Assembly (NCBI GenBank): GCA_009602725.1 | Contig: WELB01000005.1 | Coordinates: forward strand, 767,109 to 827,329 | DNA: 60,221 bases | Origin: Spirogloea muscicola | Taxonomy: Eukaryota | Direction: 5' to 3' | The notes under the pieces: model-generated | What the model was told of the DNA's origin: nothing | Databases searched by the model: none | What the model saw: only the letters and a program-made list of their open reading frames with translations | Made by a program: the position numbers and the translations under genes | Part shown: piece by piece, positions 57,478 through 60,221 of the stretch | Position numbering within the stretch: the stretch's first letter is position 1 | Layout of the letters: the number at the start of each line of letters is the position of its first letter

Positions 57478-59409
57478 CAGGGGCAGCGGCGTGGTTATCG
57501 GCGCTCCCAATCTACGCGGCGCTCACAATACCCGACGAGGTTTTCAGGACGGCGGTCCACTGGCTCCTGGGCCTCCTCCCTCCCTGCCTCGTCGGGGTCC
57601 AACATTGCGAGTGCGGTGCCCGCCACGACGACCCTGCGGAGCTGGCTGCCCATATGCTCCGCTGCGCGCACGGGGGCGAGCGGACCGGCACACACGACCT
57701 CCTGCGCGACGCCATGCAGGGTGTGTTCCTAGAGGCCGGCTACAAGGTGGCAGTGCAAATTCGACAATTATGCCCATCCAGCGGGGCGCCGACGGACTGC
57801 TTCACACCCAACGCGCTGACCTAGTTGCCATCCCGCCCTGCAGAGGTCCGCGTATTATCGCAGGTGTGGTGACTGCAGATTGCGTCGACGCCGCCAACCC
57901 CGTAAAATCGGCGACGCTCGCCGGGCACGCGGTCGCTTTGGCGGCTCAGAGTAAGGAGCGCAAGTATGCTGACCACCCTCCAGGCAATGACTGCGCGGCC
58001 CTGGCCATTGGGAGTGCCACTTCTTCTCTTCTCTATGGGCGAGCACGTTCTTCTTTCTTCTGCAGCGAGCTACTCCGACCTGATGTTGCTCACTCGCGGT
58101 TACTCAGTTCCCTCTGCATCGTCTTGTGTTTTGTAGTGTGTTGTGGTGTAGTCCTTTGTCGGCACCTCTTTCTTTGGCCCTCTTTCTTTGGCTTTGGACA
58201 GTGTCCATTCTTTTTTGGGCTGGCTTTGCCAGCCCCTCTTCTCTATGGGCGCGCACTTCTTGTGCGACCAAGGCTGGGTATGCGGTAGCCTGCGCCGCCC
58301 GGGCCAAGGAGCTAAAATACGCAGATCAACCGCGGGACGACGAGTTCTTCCCGCTCGCCATCGATACGCCCGGGGCGCTGGGCGCTCGGTGGCTCGAGCT
58401 GCTCAACCAGCTCTCTCGTCACGCCATTGCCCGCCGCTTCCATGGGGAGCCGGTGGACTCCCATGCAGCAGGGTCGCTAGCGCAGGTGTACCGCATGCGC
58501 TTGGCCGTCTCGCTGCAGAGGTCTATGGTCCGCGCGCTGCACCTGCGTGCAGGCAGAACCCTCGCTGCTGCCTCTGGCTCTGGCCAGGGGACCCGCTTCC
58601 AGGAACCCAGTCTCTCTGACCTGAGGCTGCTTAGCAGGGGTTACTGAGTGCTTCGTAGCTGCTTCGTTTCTTTTCTGTGCTTGTTGTTCTTCGTACTTCC
58701 CCTGGCCCCTTCTCGTCCTTTGTTCATTCTTTTCTGGGCTGGCTTTTTCCAGCCCCTATCCTCAATGGGCCCCTCTCTCTCTCTCACTTCTTCTTTCTTT
58801 GGCTTTGAACATTGTCCATTCTTTTTGGGCTGGCTTTCCGGCAGCTAGTCTGTCGGATGTGAGGCTCCTTACTCGTAACTACTGAGTGGTCCATCCTCCC
58901 CCCTTCTGCCATAGCCTCTTCAGGCCCCACAGTCGCTGCTTAGCTCCTAGTCTGGAGAAGGGCTCGCCCATTGAGGATAAGGGGCTGGAAAAAGCCAGCC
59001 CAGAAAAGAATGAACAAAGGACGAGAAGGGGCCAGGGGAAGTACAAAGAAGTTTGGCCCCTTCGAACAGAGAAGTGCGCGCCCATAGAAAAGAGGGGCTG
59101 GCAAAGCCAGCCCAAAAAAGAATGGACAAAGTCCAAAGCCAAAGAAAGAGGAGCCGGAGAAAGGACTACACTCGAACCTTGTCAATTCTTTTCGGGCTGT
59201 GCTTCCCTCGCTGCTGCCTCTGGCCCTGGCCAGGGGACCCGCTTCCAGGAACCCAGTCTCTCTGATCTGAGGCTGCTTAGCAGGGGTTACTGAGTGCTTC
59301 GTAGCTGCTTCGTTTCTTTTCTGTGCTTGTTGTTCTTTGTACTTCCCCTGGCCCCTTCTCGTCCTTTGTTCACTCTTTTCTGGGCTGGCTTTTTCCAGCC
59401 CCTTATCCT
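57478..59409. mobile_element. Head-to-tail stack of CRE-like fragments
   Basis: Knuckle/endonuclease fragment 57478-58010; 3' ends at 58061-58260, 58261-58770, 58955-59170 (minus) and 59205-59409. Confidence 0.88.
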
Positions 59410-60221
59410 GGTGGCAGCTTAGGTGGAGCCTTTTCAGGTTGCCCTCCGCTCTGCCCGCGACGGGCTCCTGGCGGTCCACCCCCGCATGTCGGAACAGGCT
59501 GTTCCTTTCATCCACCTCGCCCACACCCCAGACCAGCGTGCCCAGGCACGCTTCTCGGCGCTGGTTGAACAAGCGGCCTCCGACCAGGTGGTGGAGCTTC
59601 TCCCCCCGGCTGACCTGCGAGGGCGCGCCCGGCTGCTCTCAGCCTCCTCCCCTGGGGCGGCGGCGTGGCTATCGGCGCTTCCACTCCACGCGGCGCTCAC
59701 AATGCCTGACGAGGTCTTCCGGACGGCGGTCCACCGGCTCTTGGGCCTCCTTCCCCCCTGCCTCGTGGGCGTCCCTCAATGCGAGTGCGGTGCCCGACAC
59801 GATGATCCTGCGGAGCTGGCCGCCCACATGCTCCGTTGCGCCCACGGGGGGGAGCGGACCGCTTCCCATGACCTCCTGCGCGACGGTATGCAGGGGGTGT
59901 TTTCGGAGGCGGGCTTCAAGGTTGCGGTAGAGAACTCCTCAATCATGCCCATTCAGCTGGGCGCGGACGGCCAGCCCCATACGCGACGCGCTGACCTGGT
60001 CGCCATCCCTCCCGGCGGCGGTCCCCGCATCATCGCTGATGTGGTGACAACAGACTGCATCGACTCCGCCAACCCCACCAGATCGGCGTCGTTTGCAGGG
60101 CACGCGGTCGGCCAGGCGGCCCGCGGCAAGGAGCGAAATACGCTGATCACCCGGTGGGGGATGAATTCGCGGCCCTGGCGATGGATGTACACGGGGCTTT
60201 CGGCAGCCGCTGGCTGGATCC
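59410..60221 (+). mobile_element. CRE-like copy near-identical to 54025-55248, inverted; truncated by the window end
   Basis: Reverse complement of ~54430-55248 with few differences; frameshift near 60137. Confidence 0.9.

Overview
Eukaryotic nuclear DNA with GT-AG introns and GC-rich gene 5' ends. The gene content (DEK1, an MFT-like PEBP, plastid Trp synthase alpha) and short introns suggest a streptophyte, probably an alga; this is inference. There are three zones. (1) 1-18.8 kb is a resolvable nest of decayed Ty3/gypsy chromoviruses: one LTR (2433-18263) is interrupted by two full-length elements with perfect 5-bp TSDs and one non-LTR insertion, and one of those elements itself carries two solo LTRs. 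(2) 23.7-47.5 kb is a gene island: MFT-like PEBP, a GT64-GT8-GT8 triple glycosyltransferase fusion, Trp synthase alpha, DEK1 calpain and a DUF985-type cupin. (3) From 44.5 kb to the end, and scattered elsewhere, lie dozens of 5'-truncated 3' ends of CRE-like (restriction-like endonuclease) non-LTR retrotransposons from about 8-9 lineages. They share a C-terminal peptide (SxSDLxLLxRGY*), most share a covarying multi-hairpin 3' RNA element and CT/CTT tails, and they stack head-to-tail. The best novelty candidates are the structured 3' element with apparent CT/CTT-directed insertion, the GT64-GT8 fusion, a degenerate methyltransferase-like domain in the gypsy gag-protease linker, and an MFT with a hydrophobic N-terminal extension whose only in-frame ATG lies in a transposon. 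All calls are by eye; no searches were run.
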